From a virus, in the IMG/VR virus record IMGVR_UViG_3300038429_000225, positions 1 through 64,000 of that record: DNA of 64,000 bases, one strand, 5' to 3'. Positions 37,877 through 47,129 of this stretch are shown here, piece after piece. Position 1 is the first letter of the stretch; each line of letters begins with the position of its first letter. The translations under genes and the position numbers were made by a program. A model generated the notes under the pieces. It had not been told where the DNA came from, ran no database searches, and saw nothing but the letters and a program-made list of their open reading frames with translations.

Positions 37877-38766
37877 CAGAACTCCTCCGTTCTCTTGAGC
37901 TCTCCGTTCCATTCATGGAAAGCCGAGTCCTCAGGAAACATTTCCAAATCATCATACGGGTTGTTGATCTTATTTGCGATCGTCGCCGGATTAGCAATCA
38001 TCTCACGTAGGCCTTCAATCTTCTGCTGCAGATATCCGTTCGGTCGCTGGCCATCGCGATGGTAACCATAGAAGCCCATATGGTACGCGCGCGAGACAAA
38101 CGGAAACGCGGCCTTCTTACCCGAAAGAATTATAAGACGTTCAATCAGTCCGTCCTGCTCTGTCCACGTGGATCCCAACGGGGTGTTGGGAAACTGCGCC
38201 TGAATGTATCCCGGCATATTGGTGTAGTAAGTGTTGCTTGCATGCCTAAGAAACGCGGGCATGTTCTCCCGCTTCCAACACACACCGTAGGATCCGTACC
38301 AACTTGCGGTATAAAACGCGGACGGATCTCTCACCGGCCCGATCTTCTCTCGATTGTGCCAGAAACAGTTGTTGCCTACTGTGCAGAAGAAATCACCTTT
38401 GTTTTGCACGTTCTCGTGCCACTCAAAGAAATCTGGCGTCACGAAAACGTCGTCCTCGACCAGATAGACACGCGGCGCTCCGCTAGAGTATGCGCGTTTA
38501 TATGCCTCTAGAGTGTTGAGACTGTTTCCGCACGTTGAGTGGACCGGCGCCAAAAAATAGTGAAGGTCCAGTGCTCCCTTCCAAGCGTTGATAACTTCTT
38601 GGGTCCAGGCCGCTTCGATCTTGTGGGCGTGTTCGTCGTCCGGATGATGATCTTGCATCAGCCACACTTGCTTGTCGTTGATGCCCTCGGCTTCCACCAG
38701 GTGCTCCAAACAAAGCTGCAAATACTCAGGACGAAAATAAATTGGAACCAGGACGATATCTTTCAT
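37876..38766 (-). CDS. GT-A glycosyltransferase, tandem paralogue of the previous gene
   Basis: P.Y.RPEYL..CLE.L, VEDDV.V.PDFF, EQDG, RAYHMG. Confidence 0.75.
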   Translation of the reverse strand: MKDIVLVPIYFRPEYLQLCLEHLVEAEGINDKQVWLMQDHHPDDEHAHKIEAAWTQEVINAWKGALDLHYFLAPVHSTCGNSLNTLEAYKRAYSSGAPRVYLVEDDVFVTPDFFEWHENVQNKGDFFCTVGNNCFWHNREKIGPVRDPSAFYTASWYGSYGVCWKRENMPAFLRHASNTYYTNMPGYIQAQFPNTPLGSTWTEQDGLIERLIILSGKKAAFPFVSRAYHMGFYGYHRDGQRPNGYLQQKIEGLREMIANPATIANKINNPYDDLEMFPEDSAFHEWNGELKRTEEF

Positions 38767-39491
38767 TCGACTGACCTCTTCAAATAATCAAACAGACTCC
38801 CGGGATAGGATCCGAACTTGTCTATACCGCCACGACGCGCCTCTTCATTCCACAGATGAATAGCGTATGCGTCTCCGACACACTGGCTCCCACTTTCGGA
38901 ACCAAATATGTTGCCCGGTGCATCGAAGTGATCGAGCGGACAAAACACCCACTTGGACTTCGCATATCTCCCGAGATCAAAACGCGGAACGGCTTCCATT
39001 ATCAAGGCGGGCCCGATATCGGCCCAATCGTTCTTTGTGACGTCTATTTCCGCCACCCGCTCTATACAGTACCGCATTATCTCACTTCCTGCCGGCGCCT
39101 TTATAACGCCGCCACACAGGTCCTGGGGATGACCGGGATTAGAACTTAACTGAGTTGCAAATACATATGGATCCGTGAAATCAAACGGCCGCAAACAAAA
39201 GGAGTCCAGGTCTGACCACCAGCTTCCGTTCTTGTAAAGAAGCAGGTAACGGAAATAGTCCGAGAAGTTGGCTAGGTTCTGAAACTTTTCAATCTTCCAC
39301 TTCGGTGCAATTTGATTAGCATCTTTGACAACCGCACCCGCAGGCACACCCTTGACAGGGCCGTACGTGTAGAGATGAAAAGGGTGTCCCATACGCAGAT
39401 ATGACTTGATACATATCTGCTCCATCGGGGAAAGCTGATCGCCTACCCACAAGCTTTGAATCGTGTCTAGCTTTACAAATCTCTCGATCAT
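38763..39491 (-). CDS. Alpha-1,4-glycosyltransferase-like (GT32/DXD) protein
   Basis: LW.G..L...E..C..S, FSD.FRY.LL...G..W.D.D, IGP, HLWNE. Start moved to 39491. Confidence 0.8.
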   Translation of the reverse strand: MIERFVKLDTIQSLWVGDQLSPMEQICIKSYLRMGHPFHLYTYGPVKGVPAGAVVKDANQIAPKWKIEKFQNLANFSDYFRYLLLYKNGSWWSDLDSFCLRPFDFTDPYVFATQLSSNPGHPQDLCGGVIKAPAGSEIMRYCIERVAEIDVTKNDWADIGPALIMEAVPRFDLGRYAKSKWVFCPLDHFDAPGNIFGSESGSQCVGDAYAIHLWNEEARRGGIDKFGSYPGSLFDYLKRSVE

Positions 39492-40612
39492 ATCTTCTCT
39501 CTCAGCCTTTCGAACTCCGCGAGACTCATCGCCACGACCTGGTCCATATTGAGATACTTGTACGTGGCCAGCCGCCCCACGAAAGTTACGTTCGAAAGCT
39601 GCTCCGCTCTCGCCTCGTACATCTTGTAGATTGACTTCGCCTCCGCATTCGGAATCGGATAGTAGGGCGTGTCGCCCGGAACAAACTCTTTCGGATACTC
39701 GCGCACGATGGTGGTGTTGGGGCACTTCTGTCCGGTCGCGTGCTTGATCTCGACGATTCGCGTATAGTCGAAGTCGTTGGGATATGCCACCGATGTCGTC
39801 GGCTGCCAAAATCCCCTGACCAGATGCTCCGGGCCGATCGTCTCGTGCTCGAAGCGCAGCGTTCTGTACGGAAGGCGCCCGTGCTCGTACAGAAAGAATT
39901 CGTCGATCGGGCCTGTGTACACCAGGTGCTTGTATATGCACTGCCAGGAGAAGTCGTAGAACGACATGTTCGGAATGAACTCAATGTTCTGCGAACTGTG
40001 CAACATGTTCTCAAACATCGCAGTGTACCCGGCGACTGGCATCATCTGATAGGTGTCGTTGAAGTAAAGATCGTTCCGATTCGTGCGGATGGGAATCCGC
40101 GCGCAAACCGACGCGTCCAGATCCTTTGGGTCGCGTCCCCACTGCTTCTTCGTGTAGCCCTTGTAAAACATCTCGTACAACTCGTGGCCCACCTGAGAGA
40201 GGATCGCTTCCTCAGAATTCTTCGGGTTCGGAATCGATATGCGGTTCTTCGCCAGATAGTCTTCCATCTCCTCCGTCGTGCTGGGCCGGCCGATCAACTG
40301 TTCGTACGTTTTCAAGTTGACCGGAAAACTCCAGTGCCGCCGATGCGTAAAGCTGGAAGCCGTGTAGGCTGTGGGGATGAAGGTCGTAAACTGCGACAAG
40401 TAGTCGGCCACCCTCTTGGAATTCGTGTGGAACAGATGCGGCCCGTAAGCATGTACAAGGACACCGCCCTGGTCAATGTAGTCGAACGCATTGCCGCCGA
40501 TATGCGCCCGCTTGTCAATCACGATGCAGCGCTTGCCGATCAAGGCCAGCCGTTCCGCCATCACCATGCCCGCAAGTCCCGCCCCAACAATCAGAACGTC
40601 GCAATAGTTCAT
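39488..40612 (-). CDS. glf: UDP-galactopyranose mutase
   Basis: VGAGLAG, HIGGN.FD, YGPHLFHTN, Y..KQWG, YTGPID, LPYR.L, TRI.E.KH, PYYPI, GRLATYKY.NMDQ. Confidence 0.95.
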   Translation of the reverse strand: MNYCDVLIVGAGLAGMVMAERLALIGKRCIVIDKRAHIGGNAFDYIDQGGVLVHAYGPHLFHTNSKRVADYLSQFTTFIPTAYTASSFTHRRHWSFPVNLKTYEQLIGRPSTTEEMEDYLAKNRISIPNPKNSEEAILSQVGHELYEMFYKGYTKKQWGRDPKDLDASVCARIPIRTNRNDLYFNDTYQMMPVAGYTAMFENMLHSSQNIEFIPNMSFYDFSWQCIYKHLVYTGPIDEFFLYEHGRLPYRTLRFEHETIGPEHLVRGFWQPTTSVAYPNDFDYTRIVEIKHATGQKCPNTTIVREYPKEFVPGDTPYYPIPNAEAKSIYKMYEARAEQLSNVTFVGRLATYKYLNMDQVVAMSLAEFERLREKI

Positions 40613-41457
40613 AAGGTCACCAAGACATCTCGCCAGCGTTGTAGAGCCGCATCATACGTCAGATAGTTTTTCGCGAAGTCCGTCGCGCCTGCGCTCAGGC
40701 ACGCGATCGCGCCGGGGTCCGACTTCACTTCCGCAACCAGGTCCGCGAGATCGGCCATGTCGGCCCGCACCGGGATGTAGTTCTCGTACGGGCGCAGACC
40801 CGGATGGAAGAACTCTGAGAACGGACTCTTGACGATGAAGACAGGCCGATTCGCGTGCATCAGCATCTTCAAGCGGCCGGAGTACCCATTGCCGCGGATG
40901 TCGATCAACATGCTGTACTTGCAGTGGTCGGGCAGCGACACGAACTTGGTTGTGTCCTGCTTCCTGCCGGTGTACGTTGCGTGCCAGTCCATGCCGACGA
41001 AGTGCATGTCGTCCGGGTGCTGCGCGCCGATGTCCAGCAGCGTTTGCCGCGATGGGTGTGTGGCCACGCAGCCAATCCAGAAGATCTTATCGATCGTGGG
41101 CGCTGGGAGCCCCGCCTGCGCAATAGCGGCCGTGCTCTCCGCGTACGAATTGATTCCCGCTTCCGGCCACCCGCCATAAATGTGATCGGGAATCGCCTTG
41201 ACGTTGGCCGCACTGCAACCGGTTGTTGAGTAAGCCAGTACGGGAATGTCCGGGCCCAGAGGCGCCGCACGTTCCGGGTTGTCGCCGGTGTAGATGTAAA
41301 AGTCGAACGTCCAGCCGATGAGCTCGGACGCATACCTCGCGATCGCATCGTGCATAACAGAAAGCGTGTGCTCATGACGGCTTTGGTAGCCGCCGAAATC
41401 ATCAACCATAAAAGAGTCACGAGACGAACGCACTCGAATGAATTCGTGCATGTTCAT
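40609..41457 (-). CDS. GT90 (CAP10/POGLUT-like) glycosyltransferase
   Basis: IPD, K.FW.G, R..L, SL.DHCKY..LID.RG..YSGRLK.L, EFF...L.P...YIPV..D..DL. Confidence 0.8.
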   Translation of the reverse strand: MNMHEFIRVRSSRDSFMVDDFGGYQSRHEHTLSVMHDAIARYASELIGWTFDFYIYTGDNPERAAPLGPDIPVLAYSTTGCSAANVKAIPDHIYGGWPEAGINSYAESTAAIAQAGLPAPTIDKIFWIGCVATHPSRQTLLDIGAQHPDDMHFVGMDWHATYTGRKQDTTKFVSLPDHCKYSMLIDIRGNGYSGRLKMLMHANRPVFIVKSPFSEFFHPGLRPYENYIPVRADMADLADLVAEVKSDPGAIACLSAGATDFAKNYLTYDAALQRWRDVLVTL

Positions 41458-42035
41458 CACAGCACCTTCCACCAAATCCGACACGTATCGTACGTCGTGC
41501 CTTCCGCCACACCGCGAAGCACCTGCACGTCAGGAACCTGCTCATCAACAGCGCGGTTGACGGACGGCGTGTAGTCAACCGTTCCTGGGTCGGCGTAATC
41601 GTGCCCGCACAACAAGCCGCCCGGTTCGAGCACCTGACGCCAAAGTCGGATGTCTTCGGAGACGTACTCGTAATCGTGGTTTCCGTCGATGAACACCATG
41701 TCCACCTTTTGCTTCGCCGCTATAAACAGGTTGGCGGCGTCGATAGACGGCATGTGTACCACGAAAACTTTCTTGTTCAAAAGGTCAACTAAGTTCTGTC
41801 CGAAGCGTTGAAATGCCTCTGGCTCCCGGGGCCAAAAGTCGACCGCGTAAACAAGCCCGGGGGTGTTGTCAGCTAAGGCTCTCGTACTGCGCCCCATCCA
41901 ACAACCCACCTCAACAATCCTCGTGTGAGTGCGCGCGTGTTCGGCTAGCCACTCGAGCTCCGGTATCGACATGACCTGGTTAGGAAATCTTTCATCTTGA
42001 TGAATCAAACGCGCTTTAGAAATGTCAATATCCAT
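41457..42035 (-). CDS. Class I SAM methyltransferase (Methyltransf_24-like)
   Basis: VEVGCWMGRST, FIDGNHDY, GG...GHDY. Confidence 0.88.
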   Translation of the reverse strand: MDIDISKARLIHQDERFPNQVMSIPELEWLAEHARTHTRIVEVGCWMGRSTRALADNTPGLVYAVDFWPREPEAFQRFGQNLVDLLNKKVFVVHMPSIDAANLFIAAKQKVDMVFIDGNHDYEYVSEDIRLWRQVLEPGGLLCGHDYADPGTVDYTPSVNRAVDEQVPDVQVLRGVAEGTTYDTCRIWWKVL

Positions 42036-42040
42036 TTTCT

Positions 42041-42880
42041 TTACCTGTACTTGTTCGCCACAACGTCGCGCCACAAACCTGACCGATCGTACTGGTGAAC
42101 GATCGCAAACGGCACCCCTGTCTCAGGTGCGCGCACGAGCCCGGACGCCGCGTCAAACACCGGCAGCTTGTCCGTACACTGCGCCAGTCGATACGCCTTG
42201 TTGGCCGGCTCTTCCCACTCTTCGGCCACAATCCACGAAACCGTCGCGGTCCAGGCGTCTTCTGGCTTCGGAATCGTGGTGACTTCACGCAACGGACTGG
42301 TCCGTATCAAATAGTTGAAGTACGTTTCATCCCACAGATTGGGGTCGGGATGCGTCGCGATCGCGGACATCAGATACACCATGTTCATCGGGTCGCCGGC
42401 AATCGTGCCGCTGCAACAACTTGCATATTCTCGAAGCCACGAATGAATGTCTGGCCCCAACAGCCGTGCCTCTCGATCTTCACCTGGGCCCGCCTTGATG
42501 GGCCAACCGCCCATATTTGCCGCCACGATGCACGGAGCCGTCGCATGATTATCCAACCACGCTGACGGGTCAGTTTGGAAGATCAGGTCCCGCGCATCAA
42601 CCCAAATCACGTACCGAAAGTTGTTCAGCCGCGGGCGTAGGTAGTCGCACACGGGAACAAATCTTTTCTTGTAGTAGAAGTGTCGAGGGCCGCCCTTCTC
42701 AAACACCGTGTCGATCAGCTTGAATCCCAGCGCTGCGAGGTTCTCCCGGGCGTCACCGGGGATGTTCTCGATGAGCAACACCTTCTCACCCTTGAATCCG
42801 GTCTGAGCCAACGACACAGCGAACGGTTTCAGTTGAGCCCAATTGTAATCGTGAACGGCTGCAATGATCAGGTCTTCCAT
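42041..42880 (-). CDS. GT-A glycosyltransferase-like protein
   Basis: RF, D.RD..FQ.DP, SG...G, D....N, IVHQYDR. Confidence 0.7.
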   Translation of the reverse strand: MEDLIIAAVHDYNWAQLKPFAVSLAQTGFKGEKVLLIENIPGDARENLAALGFKLIDTVFEKGGPRHFYYKKRFVPVCDYLRPRLNNFRYVIWVDARDLIFQTDPSAWLDNHATAPCIVAANMGGWPIKAGPGEDREARLLGPDIHSWLREYASCCSGTIAGDPMNMVYLMSAIATHPDPNLWDETYFNYLIRTSPLREVTTIPKPEDAWTATVSWIVAEEWEEPANKAYRLAQCTDKLPVFDAASGLVRAPETGVPFAIVHQYDRSGLWRDVVANKYR

Positions 42881-43485
42881 CTGTTGTGACACTCCCTTAT
42901 TTGATCTGGAACCAACTGCGTAAGCACGATCGTGTCGTTCGTCACTTCTGAACCGACGAGAAGATAATTCGGAAGGGGCTTCACGAAAATTCCTTCCCGT
43001 CCCAACACCTGGCCGTCCCAGCGATCGGAGAAGAATGTCTCTTTGAATGCGGGCACGTCACTAAGCCAAGGGGACGCCTGCGAAAGAATCTGCAACGACC
43101 GCTCCGAAAACCAGCATGCGCCGCCAGAAGCGTAGTCAAACCGAATAACACCTGGGGGCGGGGGCGGTGAACCGCCTTCATTCGCCTTCGTGACGATGCC
43201 AGCATAGTCATCTTCGACCGCGCGCAAATTCCGGGCCCAGACGTACATGTCGTCGTCGCACTTCAAAAGATGCTTGTATCCGTGGTCCAACGTCCACCGA
43301 TAGATGGCTTTCGCTTTCGTGACACAGGCTTCGTATCCGTCTGGAACGCCAAGCCTCTCACCGTCGAATACCTCGACGCGGAAGCCGGCCGCCCTCACTT
43401 CGGGAATCCACGTCTCCTGCTGCGCCTGGAGCCGGTGGGCATACTTCTTACACGTAAAGATCGCAACAAGGGTGTCGTTGATCAT
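42868..43485 (-). CDS. GT31 (Fringe/galactosyltransferase)-like glycosyltransferase
   Basis: R......TW, D.Y....K, KCDDD.YV, Y.SGGA..FS. Confidence 0.75.
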   Translation of the reverse strand: MINDTLVAIFTCKKYAHRLQAQQETWIPEVRAAGFRVEVFDGERLGVPDGYEACVTKAKAIYRWTLDHGYKHLLKCDDDMYVWARNLRAVEDDYAGIVTKANEGGSPPPPPGVIRFDYASGGACWFSERSLQILSQASPWLSDVPAFKETFFSDRWDGQVLGREGIFVKPLPNYLLVGSEVTNDTIVLTQLVPDQIRECHNRWKT

Positions 43486-44030
43486 AGTTCCTTGTACCAG
43501 ATAAACTGTCCCCCGACTTTGTGATCGGGAAGCAACTCGTCAACCGCTTGCGTGACGCCATCCCAGGAGCCATAATCGTGACCGCTTATGATTCCTCTCG
43601 GAGCGATCAGCGGCTGCCACGCCCGGATATCTGCCGCGACGTTTTCATAGTCATGCGCGGCATCCAGAAAAACCATATCGAAAGTCACACCCATGTGGCG
43701 GTAATATTTCGTGGCATCCACCGACAGGCCGCGGAAGGCGTAGAGCCGCCCCGTGGGGAGGCCTTCCATGTTTTTGGCAAACTCTCCGAACAGCCAGTTC
43801 TCCGGCTTCCCCGCCAAGATCGCCCGGTGCGCGTCTTCGTCGCTGCCTTCCCAGGTGTCAACCGCCACAACCACGCCGGTTGTGTTGTCGACGATCGCCC
43901 GCGTGCTGCGGCCGAACCACGAACCCACTTCCACGATCTTCGAGTGTGTGGACGCCTGTTCGGCCAGCCACAACAGGTCCGGGTCTTCCATCCACCCCTC
44001 GATCCTCTGCGCGCGGGTGATATCAACCAT
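43482..44030 (-). CDS. Class I SAM methyltransferase, paralogue of 41457..42035
   Basis: VEVGSWFGRST, FLDAAHDY, GHDY. Confidence 0.88.
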   Translation of the reverse strand: MVDITRAQRIEGWMEDPDLLWLAEQASTHSKIVEVGSWFGRSTRAIVDNTTGVVVAVDTWEGSDEDAHRAILAGKPENWLFGEFAKNMEGLPTGRLYAFRGLSVDATKYYRHMGVTFDMVFLDAAHDYENVAADIRAWQPLIAPRGIISGHDYGSWDGVTQAVDELLPDHKVGGQFIWYKEL

Positions 44031-45006
44031 TGGCGATCACCTCTTGGACACGCTGATGGAAGTATTCTCGCTGGGCCAGGAACGCAGCTCGAGCCCCCTT
44101 CTGAATTTCCTCAATACACTGTGGAGACATACGCCACGCGTTATCGATCGCACTTTTCACGTCCATGGCGCCTACCCACGCAAACCGTCCCACTTGATTC
44201 ATCGGATCCCATTTCTGCGAATGAACCAATAGTTTCGGATCAACACCGGCGTATTCATTCATCGGGGGAAAGTCCGTTGTAATCATCACAGCGCCACATC
44301 CGAGACCTTCGTGAATCACATGTCCCCACCCTTCTGCTCCGGATGGCATGATGTGAAACATGCATTCGTTCATCAAACGCTTTAACTCAGATTCTCCGGC
44401 GCGCTCAATGTATAAGCAATTCGGACGCCCTTGAATCATATTCATATGGCCGCAATCGGATGAAACGAGAATAAAAGGTATATTGTATCCCTGATTCCAC
44501 GGACCCTGAAAGGGGTTATAGAAAAACTTTGCAAAAGTGTATATGACTTGCATTGTATTTTTAGAAGCACTTCCGCCGGCAACATGAAGAAACTTACGCA
44601 AGCGGGGGATAGATGGGTCATACAAATCCCTCGACTCCCACCCGACGTGACGACATCTATCACCAAAACCCTTTTCGGAAAAGGCACGAAAGGCTTCGTG
44701 CGTCTTACATAAAATCTTGTCGATCCGCAGAAGGATAGGATCCCAGCAAGCATGATACCATTCCTGATTGGGCACAAACCAGTTCTGCTTTGCCTTGTTC
44801 AACCCAATCACATAGGAAGAAAGAAGCTCGAGAAATATGTTGACGTCAGCTTCCGGAATCTCTTTATCAAAAGATTCGCCACTCATACCAGCAATCTTCA
44901 CGCCATGAACTTCGTGGCCCAGGCTCTCGAGCAAACTTCGCAAAAGTTTGTAGTCGGACTCGAGCCCAAAGCAGTTATCGATCAATGTGCAAATGTTGAA
45001 CTTCAT
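44023..45006 (-). CDS. GT-B (GT4-like) glycosyltransferase
   Basis: FLHVAG.S..K, PS..EGWGH...E...CG......D.PPMNE. Confidence 0.8.
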   Translation of the reverse strand: MKFNICTLIDNCFGLESDYKLLRSLLESLGHEVHGVKIAGMSGESFDKEIPEADVNIFLELLSSYVIGLNKAKQNWFVPNQEWYHACWDPILLRIDKILCKTHEAFRAFSEKGFGDRCRHVGWESRDLYDPSIPRLRKFLHVAGGSASKNTMQVIYTFAKFFYNPFQGPWNQGYNIPFILVSSDCGHMNMIQGRPNCLYIERAGESELKRLMNECMFHIMPSGAEGWGHVIHEGLGCGAVMITTDFPPMNEYAGVDPKLLVHSQKWDPMNQVGRFAWVGAMDVKSAIDNAWRMSPQCIEEIQKGARAAFLAQREYFHQRVQEVIANG

Positions 45007-45278
45007 TTGAACCTCGGGTCAGGGCTGCCCCAAAATTGGTAGATCAGATACAACTGAATCCCACAGAGTGTACTCTGGACGATGTACCAGGCCGACAGAT
45101 AAGGCGCCTTCTCCGCGATCGCCAGAATCAGATTGTTCACCTGGACCAAGAATATGAACCAGCTTGAGATCTTGCTAAAATCCCTGGTATGCTGGCGCTT
45201 CCAAATCCGCTTGAAGGCGGGGTAATAGATTCCGATCGTCATCAAGAGGCTGACTGCTATCAAAACATTCTTGATCAT
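45003..45278 (-). CDS. PQ-loop/SemiSWEET-like 3-TM transporter
   Basis: 91 aa with three hydrophobic helices and YYPAFKRIWKRQHTRDFS (a variant of the PQ...K...T.D.S motif). Confidence 0.65.
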   Translation of the reverse strand: MIKNVLIAVSLLMTIGIYYPAFKRIWKRQHTRDFSKISSWFIFLVQVNNLILAIAEKAPYLSAWYIVQSTLCGIQLYLIYQFWGSPDPRFK

Positions 45279-45487
45279 GCTTTCGGTTCCTTGCCTGCGA
45301 TCGCGGCATCGGATTTCTTGATGACCTGCTTCCGCTTTGCCTCGCGCCAATCCGCTCGTTCCTTCTCCCGCTTCGACTGAATTTTATGAACGCCCTTTTC
45401 GTAGTAGATGATCTTCTCACCTTGAACAACGATCCAGACGAATAGCAGCAACTCCATGATAGTCGTGGTGCGTTCGAATGTGAACAT
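45275..45487 (-). CDS. Small membrane protein
   Basis: One TM segment and a charged tail. Confidence 0.5.
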   Translation of the reverse strand: MFTFERTTTIMELLLFVWIVVQGEKIIYYEKGVHKIQSKREKERADWREAKRKQVIKKSDAAIAGKEPKA

Positions 45488-45495
45488 GAGATCTC

Positions 45496-45867
45496 CTAGA
45501 GCAAGCCATCGTAAGCGCCGGCGCGCAGTAGCCGGCAGATCTCTCCCTGGAAGCGGGTCCCGTGCCCCTCGTCTGCCTTGTACCCAACATAGCAGTCAGA
45601 GGCGCTTTCGAGATCGGCGTGGATCATTTCATGAAGCATTAAAATGTAGATAGAGTTCCATCCCGTCTGCATCATGCAACGGTCAATTTTTATCTCACGC
45701 TCATAGTCATTCCACATCCCGTTCGCTTTTTTCTTGCGAAGATCTGCCCACCGAACTCTGATCGTCGGATGCAGCCGGCCCGCGAAAAACTTGTGGTTGA
45801 GAAATCCGAAAGCTCTTTGAAGCTCCTTATTTGAGATATGCAGACGGCGTTTTGTTTTGTGTGCCAT
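45496..45867 (-). CDS. SprT-like zinc metalloprotease
   Basis: N.KFF.G.L, LHEMIH, H...F. Confidence 0.85.
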   Translation of the reverse strand: MAHKTKRRLHISNKELQRAFGFLNHKFFAGRLHPTIRVRWADLRKKKANGMWNDYEREIKIDRCMMQTGWNSIYILMLHEMIHADLESASDCYVGYKADEGHGTRFQGEICRLLRAGAYDGLL

Positions 45868-46820
45868 CAGTTTTCCTCAAACAAGTCCAGCAGTTCTTCG
45901 GTCACATCGTCGATCGCGTCATCATAGATATCGACGTCTGTGCGATCGTCGTCGAGATCTGCGTTGGCGTCGTCGAAGAATTCTTCGAATCGAGATTCGA
46001 TCAGGTCCAGGTGCTGTTCGAGCATATGCTCGCGCGCGCCTTGCTGATCCTCTTCGAACTGCTCCCCGCATTCGCAAACATAGTATGACATCGGAATCTC
46101 CTGTATTATTTGTCGTTCACTGCATCATTACTAATACTCGAGAACTTCTGGGAACACTCATTACAAAATCTTGTCATACGTGGTGCTTTACTCATCTTTC
46201 TTCTCCTCGACGTCTTCAACTTCTTCCGGTGGTTCTACAACTGGTTCTCTCTTGACCGAAGCATAACAAGCGGCCGTGATCACGAACGCTATTCCAAAGC
46301 AGACTCCCGAACTGACGAATGGGGCATAGACGCGAAGCAGGCCACCGATGCACATGGCAAGTAGTAGAGACAGAAGTGCAGATTGCCAAAACTTCATCGC
46401 TTGTCCTCCAACATGGTACTGAGCTCCTGGCTTGTGCGTGGGTAATGCTTCTTTCCTGAATCAAACACGCTAATGTGAAGCCGCGGGTCAACCTTATTTA
46501 GAACAGGACACAGGAAGTTGTTCTCATTCCAGCCGGCCGCTTTCAAATTGAGGACGCGCTGAATATCCAGATGGTTACGAAGGATCAGTTCGGCCTTCTC
46601 AATTGCATTACGGACTCTCGATGATCTCGCTGCCATTACTTCTCCTGATCCTTATTCAACTTTGACTGGAGCATCGGTGTAAACAATCGTGACGATTGCA
46701 CCGGCTTGTGTGAAAGCCGTTTCAATCTCTTCCTTCGTGGCATTTGCCGCACGATTCAGAAAAACAATATAGTGATAGCCGAACATGATTCGGAAAATGC
46801 TTGATTCATTTGTGTTCATC
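45867..46820 (-). CDS. Cluster of short hypothetical genes (45867..46091, 46188..46397, 46394..46636, 46652..46820)
   Basis: GGAG-type RBSs. The first is an acidic C2H2-like protein and the second has 2 TM segments. Confidence 0.5.
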
Positions 46821-46828
46821 GCTTCTCC

Positions 46829-47100
46829 TTGCCGGGATCGTGGGAGAGCCCTCACCGCGGTATCAGCCCGCCACCGCGTGCGAATCGCGGCACGGAGGGC
46901 GTCATCGATGTACATTCGATGGGTCCCAATGCGGAGCGACTCTCCCGATCCCGTGTACCGGTACTGCTTATATTCACGAGGCTTCGGAGGCGCTTTGGCA
47001 TCTCCCTATCCTCGCGCGGACGCTGTTCGGTCAGGATGCGGTTCCCACTCCTGGGAGATCTTGAGGTCTCAGTCTGCCTTTCGTAGGCTCCCGAGATCGG
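46829..47100 (-). ncRNA. Candidate structured RNA/leader downstream of motif copy 4
   Basis: Long-range stem CGGGAUCGGGAGAG/CUCUCCCACGAUCCCG encloses several hairpins. No convincing ORF. Confidence 0.35.
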
Positions 47101-47101
47101 T

Positions 47102-47129
47102 CTCCATAAGACTGACCAGTTACGGCATG
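47102..47129 (-). promoter_or_regulatory. Conserved 28-bp motif, copy 4, at the head of the leftward arm
   Basis: CATGCCGTAAC-TGGTCAG-TCTTATGGAG. Confidence 0.65.

Noticed and set aside
39740-44282. Long plus-strand ORFs (e.g. 39740..40666, 43521..44282)
   Set aside because: They are antisense shadows of well-supported GC3-rich minus-strand genes, with no motifs.
33778-45006. DNA hypermodification pathway
   Set aside because: No thymidylate synthase/hydroxymethylase, TET/JBP, PurZ or 7-deazaguanine genes were seen in the window. It is kept only as an alternative for the glycan cluster.
46836-46850. 15-nt match (GATCGTGGGAGAGCC) antisense to the leader hairpin at 2240-2254, suggesting a trans-acting RNA
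   Set aside because: A few 15-mer matches are expected by chance in 64 kb (about 64000^2/4^15), and both sites are GC-rich stems.
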